IMG/VR virus record: IMGVR_UViG_3300020202_000061
Coordinates: 124,001 to 188,000 of that record
Length of the DNA: 64,000 nt
Strand: one strand, 5' to 3'
This document shows, piece by piece, positions 36,941-45,373 of this stretch. How positions within the stretch are numbered: the first letter of the stretch is position 1; each line of letters begins with the position of its first letter. The notes under the pieces are model-generated. The model was not told the DNA's origin and did no database searches. It was given only the letters and a program-made list of their open reading frames with translations. The translations under genes and the position numbers were made by a program.

Positions 36941-36942
36941 CC

Positions 36943-37479
36943 TTAGCCCCTCGGCGGTACCGGTAGGCGGAACCGCTCCGCACGACGCAGCCAGCCCTTC
37001 AGAAACACCTGCTGTTTCGGATCATTCGCGGCGATCTGCTGGAAGAACTTGATGCGCTCGTCCACGATGGCGTTCTGGAAGTATGGACCCATCGCCTGCT
37101 GGGCGGCAATCGCACGGTCACGGCTTTGCGGACCTAGGATGCCGTCCTGATCGACCGGACCAAACCCTGCGAGGTTGATCACCCTCTGCATGATCCGGAT
37201 CGCCTTACGTGGCCCGTGGTTGATCCGCATGTCCAGGATCAGGGTCATCGGGGGATTCGGCAGGGTGTGGATGCGTGGGTCCGTCAGGTATCGCTTCTCA
37301 TAGATTTCACGAGCCTCACCCTCGGTGAGCTTCTTTACGTCGTCAATCCGGGCCGGACGATGCAACCATTCCCGCAGGGTTTTCTGGGTGATTCCGAAAT
37401 TTGTCGGCCCACCTCTGTCATTGGGATGATTGACATACCCACCCTCATGCCTCAAAACCTCACTGATTGGATCGACCAT
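36943..37479 (-). CDS. Endolysin, glycoside hydrolase family 108 with peptidoglycan-binding domain
   Basis: HEGGYVNHPNDRGGPTNFGIT; DGILGP; Q..FLKGW.RR; TAAATA upstream. Confidence 0.92.
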   Translation of the reverse strand: MVDPISEVLRHEGGYVNHPNDRGGPTNFGITQKTLREWLHRPARIDDVKKLTEGEAREIYEKRYLTDPRIHTLPNPPMTLILDMRINHGPRKAIRIMQRVINLAGFGPVDQDGILGPQSRDRAIAAQQAMGPYFQNAIVDERIKFFQQIAANDPKQQVFLKGWLRRAERFRLPVPPRG

Positions 37480-37668
37480 AGCTGTTTTCTCCCAGATTCC
37501 CAGGTATTTAGGACTCCGGGAGGTTAAAATGAAAACCCGAATACTGTGTGATATGTGTCACGAAAAAAGTATGGTAAACCCCTGATTTGTTTGTTGACAG
37601 GAGAAAAACCCTGGGGTATTCTCTGCTGGCCCACGCTGTGTGGGTAACCGAATGGAGAGCGCAAGCAA

Positions 37669-38538
37669 ATGAAGCGTATTCTTTTCTCGGCCATGTTGGT
37701 CCTGGGTGCCCTCGCGGTTACCCCGGCAATGGCCTCAGGCAACCATCACAACAATGGTTGTGACGGCGGAAACAACTCCTGCAATACTACGACCAACACC
37801 ACGAACAACACCACCAATAACCAGGGCGGCCAAGGCGGCGCTGGTGGTCAGGGTGGTGCGGGCGGCCAGGGCGGCACTGGTGTCGGTGTCGGCGTGGGCG
37901 TGGGAATCGGTGTGGGTCAGGGCGGAAACGCCACGAACTCCAACACCAACAACGCCAACAACACCAACACGAACACCCAGGGCCAGGGTCAAACCCAGGG
38001 CCAGGGTCAGTCCCAGTCGAACTCGAACGTCGTCACCAACGTGAACGGCCAGAACCAGAACCAGTCCAACTCCAACAACAACTCCGACACCAACAACAAC
38101 GACGTGTCGGTGAACGTCGAAGGGGCCGACGTGGAGGCCGCCGCCAACGCGGTGCCGGTCTACAACAGTCCCATCGTCGCCAGCGAGGACACCTGCATGG
38201 GCTCGATCAGTGGCGGCGCGGGCTTCGGCGCGATGTCGTTCACGGTCGGCGTCACCATCGGTTCGACCTACACCGATGAGAACTGCCAGAACCTCAAGTG
38301 GTATCGCGAGTTCGCCAAGTCCGGTCTGGACAAGGCCGCGATGAGCATCGCCTGTCAGGCGAACGATGGTCGCAACGTGGTCGCCCTGGAAGCGCAGGGT
38401 TTCGACTGCGGCGATCTGACCGGCGGCACGGTTCAGGTGTCGGCGGTTTCCGTGAAGGATGCCGTGCAGACGGCGTCGGCGGCTCCGGCTGAGGACAAGG
38501 TCATCAATCCGACTCACAAGCGCGGCAACAACAAGTAA
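37669..38538 (+). CDS. Secreted Asn/Gln/Gly-rich low-complexity protein
   Basis: Signal peptide (AMA site), N/T/Q/G tracts, Cys-containing C-terminal domain; own promoter and terminator. Confidence 0.75.
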   Translation: MKRILFSAMLVLGALAVTPAMASGNHHNNGCDGGNNSCNTTTNTTNNTTNNQGGQGGAGGQGGAGGQGGTGVGVGVGVGIGVGQGGNATNSNTNNANNTNTNTQGQGQTQGQGQSQSNSNVVTNVNGQNQNQSNSNNNSDTNNNDVSVNVEGADVEAAANAVPVYNSPIVASEDTCMGSISGGAGFGAMSFTVGVTIGSTYTDENCQNLKWYREFAKSGLDKAAMSIACQANDGRNVVALEAQGFDCGDLTGGTVQVSAVSVKDAVQTASAAPAEDKVINPTHKRGNNK

Positions 38539-38565
38539 GCAGCGCCTCGGCGTCGGGAAAAGGGT

Positions 38566-38591
38566 GAAAGGGCGGCTTCGGCCGCCCTTTC
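38566..38591 (+). terminator. Hairpin/terminator
   Basis: GAAAGGGCGGC-TTCG-GCCGCCCTTTC. Confidence 0.7.
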
Positions 38592-38633
38592 CATTTGTCT
38601 CCCAGCAGCCTATATAGGTTGGGGGATTTTTGT

Positions 38634-39512
38634 ATGAAATTCGATCTTATCAGTGATTTCCACGTCGAAATGAATGATCCGTTCTCGACCCAATCCACGT
38701 GGCGTGACGGTGATCCGACCTTCTATAATTGGCCGAGACAGAAGAAGTCCGATGTCCTGGTGATCGCGGGGGATTCCTCGAACCGTCCAGAATTCACTAT
38801 AGAAGTGGTGAAAGAGGCCCGAGCCTATTACGAGTCGGTGCTGTTCGTTGATGGCAACCACGAGCACTACGTGGGCTATCAGAACCATTCTCGCACGGTC
38901 GGCCGCAACATGAACGAGTTGAGGAAGTTCGCCACGGAAACCCCTGGGGTAACCTATTTGGATGGTGAGATCACGGCTCGTTTCGGCTCGACCCTGGTGA
39001 TCGGAGCGAATGGTTGGTACGACTGGAAAGGCAATCAGATTCTGTCTCGTGAAATGCAGCACATGTACTGGAAGTCGGATTCCAACGATGCTACCTGCAT
39101 CCGTTTCGATCCGGATGGGTATGCGGACAAACTCGCTCGGTCGCATGCGGATCAGCTTGTGGCTCATGTCACAGCAGCCCAATCTGATGAGGCGGTGGAT
39201 AAAATCCTCGTCATTACCCATACCATCCCCAACCTCAAAGGAATCGTTCCTGATTCACACCGTTGGGGGTATTTGAACGGGTCCTATGCGAATACCGAAA
39301 TGCAACGCGTGGTCAAGGCGGATACGGCGAAGAAAATCAAGATTTGGGTTTACGGGCACACCCATTTCCTGTATGATTTCGTCGATCAGGGGGTGCGTTA
39401 TGTGACGAATCCCCGTGGTTATCGCGGTGAGAAGCGCAGCCCGGATTTCACCGGGATCAAGCAGATCGATCTCGATGACATCGGTTCAGCATTTGGGGGA
39501 ATTGATGTGTGA
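38634..39512 (+). CDS. Calcineurin-like metallophosphoesterase
   Basis: SDFH, AGD, GNHE, TH, GHTH, NPRGY motifs. Confidence 0.9.
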   Translation: MKFDLISDFHVEMNDPFSTQSTWRDGDPTFYNWPRQKKSDVLVIAGDSSNRPEFTIEVVKEARAYYESVLFVDGNHEHYVGYQNHSRTVGRNMNELRKFATETPGVTYLDGEITARFGSTLVIGANGWYDWKGNQILSREMQHMYWKSDSNDATCIRFDPDGYADKLARSHADQLVAHVTAAQSDEAVDKILVITHTIPNLKGIVPDSHRWGYLNGSYANTEMQRVVKADTAKKIKIWVYGHTHFLYDFVDQGVRYVTNPRGYRGEKRSPDFTGIKQIDLDDIGSAFGGIDV

Positions 39513-39711
39513 TTATGCCGAACGCCCGTTGAACCCGTCTGAGGCTGAATTGGTTCGTGCCGGAGCCATCATCAGCCGCTATCAAGAGGGAGACCTGTTC
39601 TCCCGAATCAAGGCGATCCACGCGGGTATCTCGATGGCTTTCGGCACTCCTATGCCCACGGATGAGGAGCTTCGAGCCCTCATGGACGTGATCACGCCAG
39701 AGGATCAGTAA
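39505..39711 (+). CDS. Hypothetical protein
   Basis: Start at ATG 39505 overlapping previous gene. Confidence 0.5.
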   Translation: MCDYAERPLNPSEAELVRAGAIISRYQEGDLFSRIKAIHAGISMAFGTPMPTDEELRALMDVITPEDQ

Positions 39712-40234
39712 ACACCGGGGTTTCGCCTCGGAATAGGATGTTGGCGTCCTTGAAATCATCCATGCATCCGCGTGCGCGAGGCGCTTGTTTGGTCGAATAG
39801 ATCAGGTTAAGCGCCTCGACCATTTTGGGGAATTTCTGAGTCCACTCTGCGTGGTGCTCAATTATGAATTCCGCACGATCTGGTCGTTTCCGTTCGAGCG
39901 CGTCATAGTAGGACGTGATGAAGTTGTAGAGAGGAAACGGAATCTCCCTTATTTTTAGCGGCTCTAGGCGTTGAGCCACGTAGGCATCACTGAGCCAAAC
40001 CAGCTTCCCGATGATGCGGGGCATATGTGGGTTGTCCGCGTTGGCGCGTGCCACCTTGAGGAACTCGAAGTAGCAGTTGTCATAGGTCGCGAACACCTTG
40101 AGCACATACTTCGCGCCGGGTTTTTGCCAAACCGCACCATGGAATCCCTGGCCCAACCCCTGGTATCCGGCGTCAATCAAACGCTGGTCGATCTGGTTGA
40201 ACCGCTGAGGACGGGTGAGTTCGAATAACTTCAT
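39692..40234 (-). CDS. Minimal protein kinase-like protein
   Basis: LGQGFHGAVW, VLKVF, DFKDANIL, TDP; MKLFEL start 7 nt after TAAATA. Confidence 0.75.
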   Translation of the reverse strand: MKLFELTRPQRFNQIDQRLIDAGYQGLGQGFHGAVWQKPGAKYVLKVFATYDNCYFEFLKVARANADNPHMPRIIGKLVWLSDAYVAQRLEPLKIREIPFPLYNFITSYYDALERKRPDRAEFIIEHHAEWTQKFPKMVEALNLIYSTKQAPRARGCMDDFKDANILFRGETPVFTDPLA

Positions 40235-40301
40235 GGTATTCTATTTATTTCCTTGACGTTTTTCACAATATCTGGTATAAACGGCCATCAGGAGGACACC
40301 G

Positions 40302-40844
40302 ATGGCCACAGGCACCCGTTACGTTCCGATCCAGATCAGCCAGATGCAGGCGGTCCTGGAGCATGACATGGGTTTCGTCCGTGCCGACGAGAGCACGTCC
40401 TGGGAGGCTATCTGGACCCGTCAGGTCGCCACCAAGGGTGGTCGCACGTTTCCCTATTCGGTCAAGGTCTATTCCAGCGTGGACCTGCGCACCAACGTGA
40501 GCCGCGACTCCGGCGAGGACGCGATCCGTCTGGTTCTCAAGGACGACATTACTGGCTACGCCGTGAAGGCGGCTGAGAAGCGGGTGTTCCGCACGAAGTC
40601 CGCCCTGATCAATCTGCGCGAGCGTGCGCGTGAACTCTTCCAGGAAGTCGTTGACGGTCCTCATTGCCCGAAGTGCGGAGCCCTGATGAAGGCCCGCCAG
40701 GGCGGGCCGGGCAAGCATTGGTTCCTCGGTTGCACCCATTACAACCCAGACAAGTCCTGGCACTGCACGGGCACGCGCCGGGTCAGTGATATCACCCCGG
40801 AGCAGAAGGTCGCCATGGGTATCCCCACCGATACCACGTCATGA
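40302..40844 (+). CDS. Protein with topoisomerase-type C4 zinc ribbon
   Basis: CPKCGALM..R......FLGC..Y....C; sigma70 promoter and GGAGG RBS. Confidence 0.7.
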   Translation: MATGTRYVPIQISQMQAVLEHDMGFVRADESTSWEAIWTRQVATKGGRTFPYSVKVYSSVDLRTNVSRDSGEDAIRLVLKDDITGYAVKAAEKRVFRTKSALINLRERARELFQEVVDGPHCPKCGALMKARQGGPGKHWFLGCTHYNPDKSWHCTGTRRVSDITPEQKVAMGIPTDTTS

Positions 40845-41047
40845 GCCGATTGCGGGGGATGTTCGCGGCCGTCAACGGGTGCAAGATCGAGGCACTGAAC
40901 CGGACGGCCACACTGGTGCGGAAGGAAATGGGCTCCTACTATCAGGAGAACCCGTTCAGTTTGGCCGATGATGAGAATCGCGCCGGATGGAAACGCGCCC
41001 GAAAGGACGGTTGGCGAGTCCGGCCGGTGATGGTGACGGTGAAATGA
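40841..41047 (+). CDS. Hypothetical protein
   Basis: ATGA coupling. Confidence 0.55.
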   Translation: MSRLRGMFAAVNGCKIEALNRTATLVRKEMGSYYQENPFSLADDENRAGWKRARKDGWRVRPVMVTVK

Positions 41048-41316
41048 GCCAATGGCGGAATATCGCGTCCGCGCCTAAGGATCGCCGCATTCTGTGTTGG
41101 GCTCCGGACTGGGCCGAGGGTATCGAGGGAAAGCTCGACGCCGCCATGTTTCTGGTCTGGAAAACCAACCCCCGCATCACCAGATGGCATAACGAGGGGA
41201 AATACCTGGAATACTCCGAGAGCTATTACGGGGTTCCCGACGAGCTAGACGATTACGAGTTGGCGTTACCCGGTGGGGGTCCGACTCTGTGGTTCGACAT
41301 ACCCGCGCCGGAATGA
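41044..41316 (+). CDS. Small phage protein (W..I..APKD type)
   Basis: MSQWRNIASAPKD...PT.W..P. Confidence 0.6.
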   Translation: MSQWRNIASAPKDRRILCWAPDWAEGIEGKLDAAMFLVWKTNPRITRWHNEGKYLEYSESYYGVPDELDDYELALPGGGPTLWFDIPAPE

Positions 41317-41325
41317 GAGGGATTT

Positions 41326-41589
41326 ATGCCGTTCAGTTTGCCCAAGGATGATGGGCGCTTCAAAGTCGGGGATACAGCGTGGATTCACCTGGGCAACCCG
41401 GATGTCGAAAATGCCCGTGGCTTGCACGAGGCCAAGATCATCCACATGTTCGAACACCAAGGCCAGAGCCTGTATGTGCTGGAAGTGGACACTCCGATGG
41501 ACCCCTATCATGAGTGCCGCGAGTTCGGCACCATGTCGGATTCCCCGGACGAACCGATCATGTTCTATCGCGGATTCGCGAGCGCCTGA
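41326..41589 (+). CDS. Hypothetical protein
   Basis: ORF track; GAGG RBS. Confidence 0.6.
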   Translation: MPFSLPKDDGRFKVGDTAWIHLGNPDVENARGLHEAKIIHMFEHQGQSLYVLEVDTPMDPYHECREFGTMSDSPDEPIMFYRGFASA

Positions 41590-41978
41590 TGTTTCAGCGT
41601 CCTGATGATCGACATTTTGTTCGTGATGGCGATGACAACTCGGTCCAGAAGATCAACGATCTGACCGACAAGGCACTGCTCGATCTCATCACGAAGGTCG
41701 AACGTAATGCGGCTGTGCAGCACGACTACCAGATCGGTGAGGTTGAGCGGAATCTGAGCCGGGTTCAGGGAGAGGATGCTACCCGAATTCTCGAATCCGA
41801 CCTGCATCGGCTCCAGGACATGAGCGATCAGGAGTTTCTCCTGTCGTTCCCTCTCTACAACGCGCTCTTGGGTGAGGCTGTATTCCGTAAACTGATCAAT
41901 CCCGACGATTACGAGGACGACACGTGGTGGTACGAATCCGAGGACGACCGACCGATCCTTTACCGGTATCCGCTGTGA
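41589..41978 (+). CDS. Hypothetical protein
   Basis: TGATG coupling. Confidence 0.6.
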   Translation: MFQRPDDRHFVRDGDDNSVQKINDLTDKALLDLITKVERNAAVQHDYQIGEVERNLSRVQGEDATRILESDLHRLQDMSDQEFLLSFPLYNALLGEAVFRKLINPDDYEDDTWWYESEDDRPILYRYPL

Positions 41979-42331
41979 TGCCCCACCACTCTATGTGGCC
42001 CTATTGGGTGATTATTCCGGCCTGGGCCTTCACCATGGCGTTCTGCGGGTATGCTGTGGTCATGCCCCCGGCCGAGGCCGCCAGCACCCAGGCCCTAGAG
42101 GAAGTCCTTCCAGACCCACCGGGCGGGCTTTACGGGCTCCAACCGGAGCGAACCGATATCTCGGCCCAAGAATTCAAGCACGACTCCCTCTACATCCTGG
42201 GCAAGGCATTCGTGAAGCTCGGGGAGCAGGGTGTTAAATTTAATCCCGAGGACCGGGATTTCCGTCAGTGGGTGGAGGAGCGACTCTATCGGTATTATCG
42301 GAGTATCGGAGTGACTCCGCACGCCTACTAA
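41978..42331 (+). CDS. Hypothetical membrane-anchored protein
   Basis: TGATG coupling; N-terminal hydrophobic segment. Confidence 0.55.
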   Translation: MPHHSMWPYWVIIPAWAFTMAFCGYAVVMPPAEAASTQALEEVLPDPPGGLYGLQPERTDISAQEFKHDSLYILGKAFVKLGEQGVKFNPEDRDFRQWVEERLYRYYRSIGVTPHAY

Positions 42332-42334
42332 TTC

Positions 42335-42363
42335 TTGACAAATCCTTGAGTTTCTGGTAGACT
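42335..42363 (+). promoter_or_regulatory. Early sigma70-like promoter with conserved quasi-palindromic spacer (representative; also 4212, 5777, 42924, 54045, 60647, 61463)
   Basis: TTGACA-AATCCTTGAGTTTCTGG-TAGACT; spacer consensus approx AAACCCTRGGGTTT. Confidence 0.75.
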
Positions 42364-42389
42364 CCTCATTGAAATCAGGAGGCTGCGTA

Positions 42390-42647
42390 ATGGCGAACAA
42401 GGTCAAGCGCATCGGTGCGGGCGAATACACCGTCAGCAACGGCCAGTATGTGGTCGAGGTCACCAAGGTTGGACCCCGGAAGTGGTCGGCTCAGGCCCAG
42501 TGGGACCGCACCAAGGTTGGCTCCGAGCAGAAGTTCATCCGGGCCAAGCGAGTGGCAGTCCGGTTCCTGGACGCCGCTATCAACGACGAAATCCGCCGGA
42601 CACAGGCCGCCATCGCGGTGAGTCGCCGGGCGCTCGGCTTAGAGTAG
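42390..42647 (+). CDS. Hypothetical early protein
   Basis: GGAGG RBS; paralog of next ORF (KVKR.G.G.Y.V..G..VV.V.K...W.A.A.WDRT). Confidence 0.65.
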   Translation: MANKVKRIGAGEYTVSNGQYVVEVTKVGPRKWSAQAQWDRTKVGSEQKFIRAKRVAVRFLDAAINDEIRRTQAAIAVSRRALGLE

Positions 42648-42657
42648 AGCGCGGTCT

Positions 42658-42927
42658 ATGAAGCTCAAAGTCAAACATCAGATCGATGGGCGTTGGATTT
42701 GGGGTACTATGGTCATGAAGAATCTCAAGGTCAAACGTCATGGACCGGGTGATTATCATGTGACTGATGGGACCAACGTGGTCCAGGTCTACAAGCATGA
42801 GCAACGTTGGACGGCGGCGGCTCTATGGGACCGAACCCTCCAGAGCCCCTATGGGCGATTTCGGTTCTCCGAGGCCAAACGGGATGCCGTCAAGATGCTG
42901 GAGTCGAAAACTCCTGAATTTGCTTGA
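42658..42927 (+). CDS. Hypothetical early protein (paralog of 42390)
   Basis: Shared motif; true start may be 42709 or 42715. Confidence 0.6.
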   Translation: MKLKVKHQIDGRWIWGTMVMKNLKVKRHGPGDYHVTDGTNVVQVYKHEQRWTAAALWDRTLQSPYGRFRFSEAKRDAVKMLESKTPEFA

Positions 42928-42972
42928 CAATTCCTGGGGTTTCTGCTAGACTTCGCATCATCAGGAGGACCC

Positions 42973-43185
42973 ATGCCCTATTACACCGTTCGTGAATACA
43001 CTCTGGTCACTGGCTGGACCCACGACGAGCGTCCCAGTGGTCGGGCCGAGTTCGAAGGTCATATTGACCTGCAAGAGGCCATCAAAATGGCGGCCGACCG
43101 GATCAAGGTTGGTGATGGCGCTTATGTCGATGCCAAACATGTGGTCGAGGCCCAGGGCCTCCAATCCTGGTCCGGCAACACCTAG
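42973..43185 (+). CDS. Hypothetical early protein
   Basis: Promoter and AGGAGG RBS. Confidence 0.65.
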   Translation: MPYYTVREYTLVTGWTHDERPSGRAEFEGHIDLQEAIKMAADRIKVGDGAYVDAKHVVEAQGLQSWSGNT

Positions 43186-43196
43186 GAGCGCCCCGC

Positions 43197-43403
43197 ATGA
43201 GCGAATCTTGCAAACATTGTGGTGTGGTTTCCCGCAATCCATGCAGCCAATATACCGGGAGCAACCGTTTCGATGGTTGCTACAACCTATCTGAGGAACA
43301 ACAACTTTTGGCACTCTCGGCCGAGGGTGATGAACGCGCAACGAAAATGCTCGAATTGATGCGGGAAAACGCCGAATTGCGGGAGAGGAACCGACATGCG
43401 TGA
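43197..43403 (+). CDS. Small Cys-containing protein
   Basis: AGGAG RBS; CxxC. Confidence 0.55.
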   Translation: MSESCKHCGVVSRNPCSQYTGSNRFDGCYNLSEEQQLLALSAEGDERATKMLELMRENAELRERNRHA

Positions 43404-43662
43404 ATTCCCCCGTTGGAACCCCGAGGGTCGTGGCTGCAAGGGCGGCACCGGCCCGACTAAGGGCAAAAAGTCCTGCCTCTATCGGGTTCCATTCCCGAAT
43501 GGCACCGACGTGGACGTGCGCTCGTTCAAGGCTCAGGGCCAACTCGCGCACGCCGTGATCTACCTGCATGACGGCCAGTGGCACGCAAACGGTGTGTTCG
43601 ACGAACTTCCGGAGTGGGTCAAGGACGGCAATCGCACCGTCGTTCAAGCCTGTCGCCTCTAG
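43396..43662 (+). CDS. Hypothetical protein
   Basis: GAGG RBS. Confidence 0.55.
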   Translation: MREFPRWNPEGRGCKGGTGPTKGKKSCLYRVPFPNGTDVDVRSFKAQGQLAHAVIYLHDGQWHANGVFDELPEWVKDGNRTVVQACRL

Positions 43663-43719
43663 CCCGGCCTGACCCAGGCGTATCTTCCGTAAATACGTGT
43701 GATTTACGGGAGATACACC

Positions 43720-45321
43720 ATGGTAAAAGCTGTCGATATTCTTCGTCTGGTTCTGGAGAACTCCAAGGGGCGGGCTCACGCTCCGGGCGAGGTCAAGACC
43801 CCCAGCTACGACAACATCCACACCCCGGACAACCACAAGCGGAAATCCCGCGAGGTTCGGGCCAAGGGCCTGGGTGATCGTCCCGCACGGAAGAACGTCA
43901 AGCAGACCGAGAAGCCCAAGGGCATGGTCGATAACGGCGGCCCAGCCGCACCGGTCAAGATGAAGGAATCAGACGAGTACGCTTTGCGTGGTATGCCTGG
44001 AAGCACAAGAGAATTTTCTCATAATTTCAATCAAGGAAATTCAAATACTAAATTCTCAGGACCTTCCAAAATCACATACGAGCAGTGGAAGAACACGGTT
44101 AAGAAATTGTGGCCTGCTGCTCAGTTTCGCAAAGATTCCGTTCACGGCGATAGTTTCATTCATGAAGGTAAGCCTATTGCCAACTACAATAGTGGTGGTG
44201 TTTGGGTGAAAAAGCCCGGTTTCGTTGAGGCTCGGACCGCAGGCGCAAAGCGCCGCTACGGTCAGGGTAACAACGAGAATCAGGATGAGAACGCCATCGA
44301 CGATGGTAACGATGATCCGCGTGCGGTCCAGGAGACTCGGGGGAAGGTCGGGAAGCCCTCTACGAAGAAGCACAACCAGACCCAGGATCGGCCGAAGAAG
44401 CCTGCTGTGAAGGTCCAGGAAGGCGTCACCGATGCGGTGGCCGAGTTCCTCATGAAGATGTCCGGCCCCAAGGTGGGTCAGAAGCTCTACGCCGATCTCA
44501 AGACGGAGCGCCCTGATCTCTACCAGCAACTGGTGCAGACGTTCAAGCGCATGGCCGTGGGCACGGGTGGAGTCGGTGTGGTCCACGACGCCACGGCGTT
44601 CAAGAACATGATGAACGATCCCGAAGCGGTACAACTTGCCCGGCAACTGCGTCGGTGGGCAGCGGGTAAGCTCCGCAACAGTCCGGAGATTGTCGCTTGG
44701 CTCCAGCAGAAAGCTGAGAAGCTCAATGCCAAGGGTCTGAGCACGGTCGATCCATTGGGTGGTGACGACGAGGAAGAACTTAGGGATGCTGTGGGTAGCC
44801 CGAGTCAGTACCGTCCCGGCCTGGGTGAGAGCGCTCTGATGGGTCGTGAGACGATCCGTATTGTTTTGAAACTGCTCAATGCGGGTCTGATGAACGCGAT
44901 CTATGATCGGAAGCTCGGCATGGCTGCGCGTCAGATCATGAAGAACCCGAACGATCTCAGCCGGATCGAACCGGCCATGCAGATCATGCAGTTCGTCCGT
45001 AACAACGCCAAGACCCTGTCTCCGGAACTCCAGGCGGTTCTCAATCAGAACGTCATGCCCAAGGTTGCGGAGTCCAGCAAGACCTCCAAGAGCGCACCGG
45101 GCGAGATGCGGAAGCCTGCGGTCAAAACCGATGCCCCGGCCAAGTCCGCGAGCATGCGTTCGGGAAGTCTGACTCCGGAGAAGAAGGTTCCGGTTCGGGA
45201 CAAGAAGCCCGCCCTCAACAAGGATGCGGCCGAATTCGTCCGGGTCAGCGTGAAGAAGGTCGAGGAGGGCGTGAAGGCGCTCGCCGCAATGGGATTTCAG
45301 GTTCAAGGTTTGAAAAAGTAA
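43720..45321 (+). CDS. Late, charged low-complexity protein; putative prohead core/internal head protein
   Basis: TAAATA promoter; many hydrophobic-x-E sites (VLE, MKE, FVE, VQE x2, LGE, VAE, VEE). Confidence 0.55.
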   Translation: MVKAVDILRLVLENSKGRAHAPGEVKTPSYDNIHTPDNHKRKSREVRAKGLGDRPARKNVKQTEKPKGMVDNGGPAAPVKMKESDEYALRGMPGSTREFSHNFNQGNSNTKFSGPSKITYEQWKNTVKKLWPAAQFRKDSVHGDSFIHEGKPIANYNSGGVWVKKPGFVEARTAGAKRRYGQGNNENQDENAIDDGNDDPRAVQETRGKVGKPSTKKHNQTQDRPKKPAVKVQEGVTDAVAEFLMKMSGPKVGQKLYADLKTERPDLYQQLVQTFKRMAVGTGGVGVVHDATAFKNMMNDPEAVQLARQLRRWAAGKLRNSPEIVAWLQQKAEKLNAKGLSTVDPLGGDDEEELRDAVGSPSQYRPGLGESALMGRETIRIVLKLLNAGLMNAIYDRKLGMAARQIMKNPNDLSRIEPAMQIMQFVRNNAKTLSPELQAVLNQNVMPKVAESSKTSKSAPGEMRKPAVKTDAPAKSASMRSGSLTPEKKVPVRDKKPALNKDAAEFVRVSVKKVEEGVKALAAMGFQVQGLKK

Positions 45322-45373
45322 CGCTTGCCTCAGAACCAAATCCCCACCATATTTGGGGTTGGAAAGAAGAATA

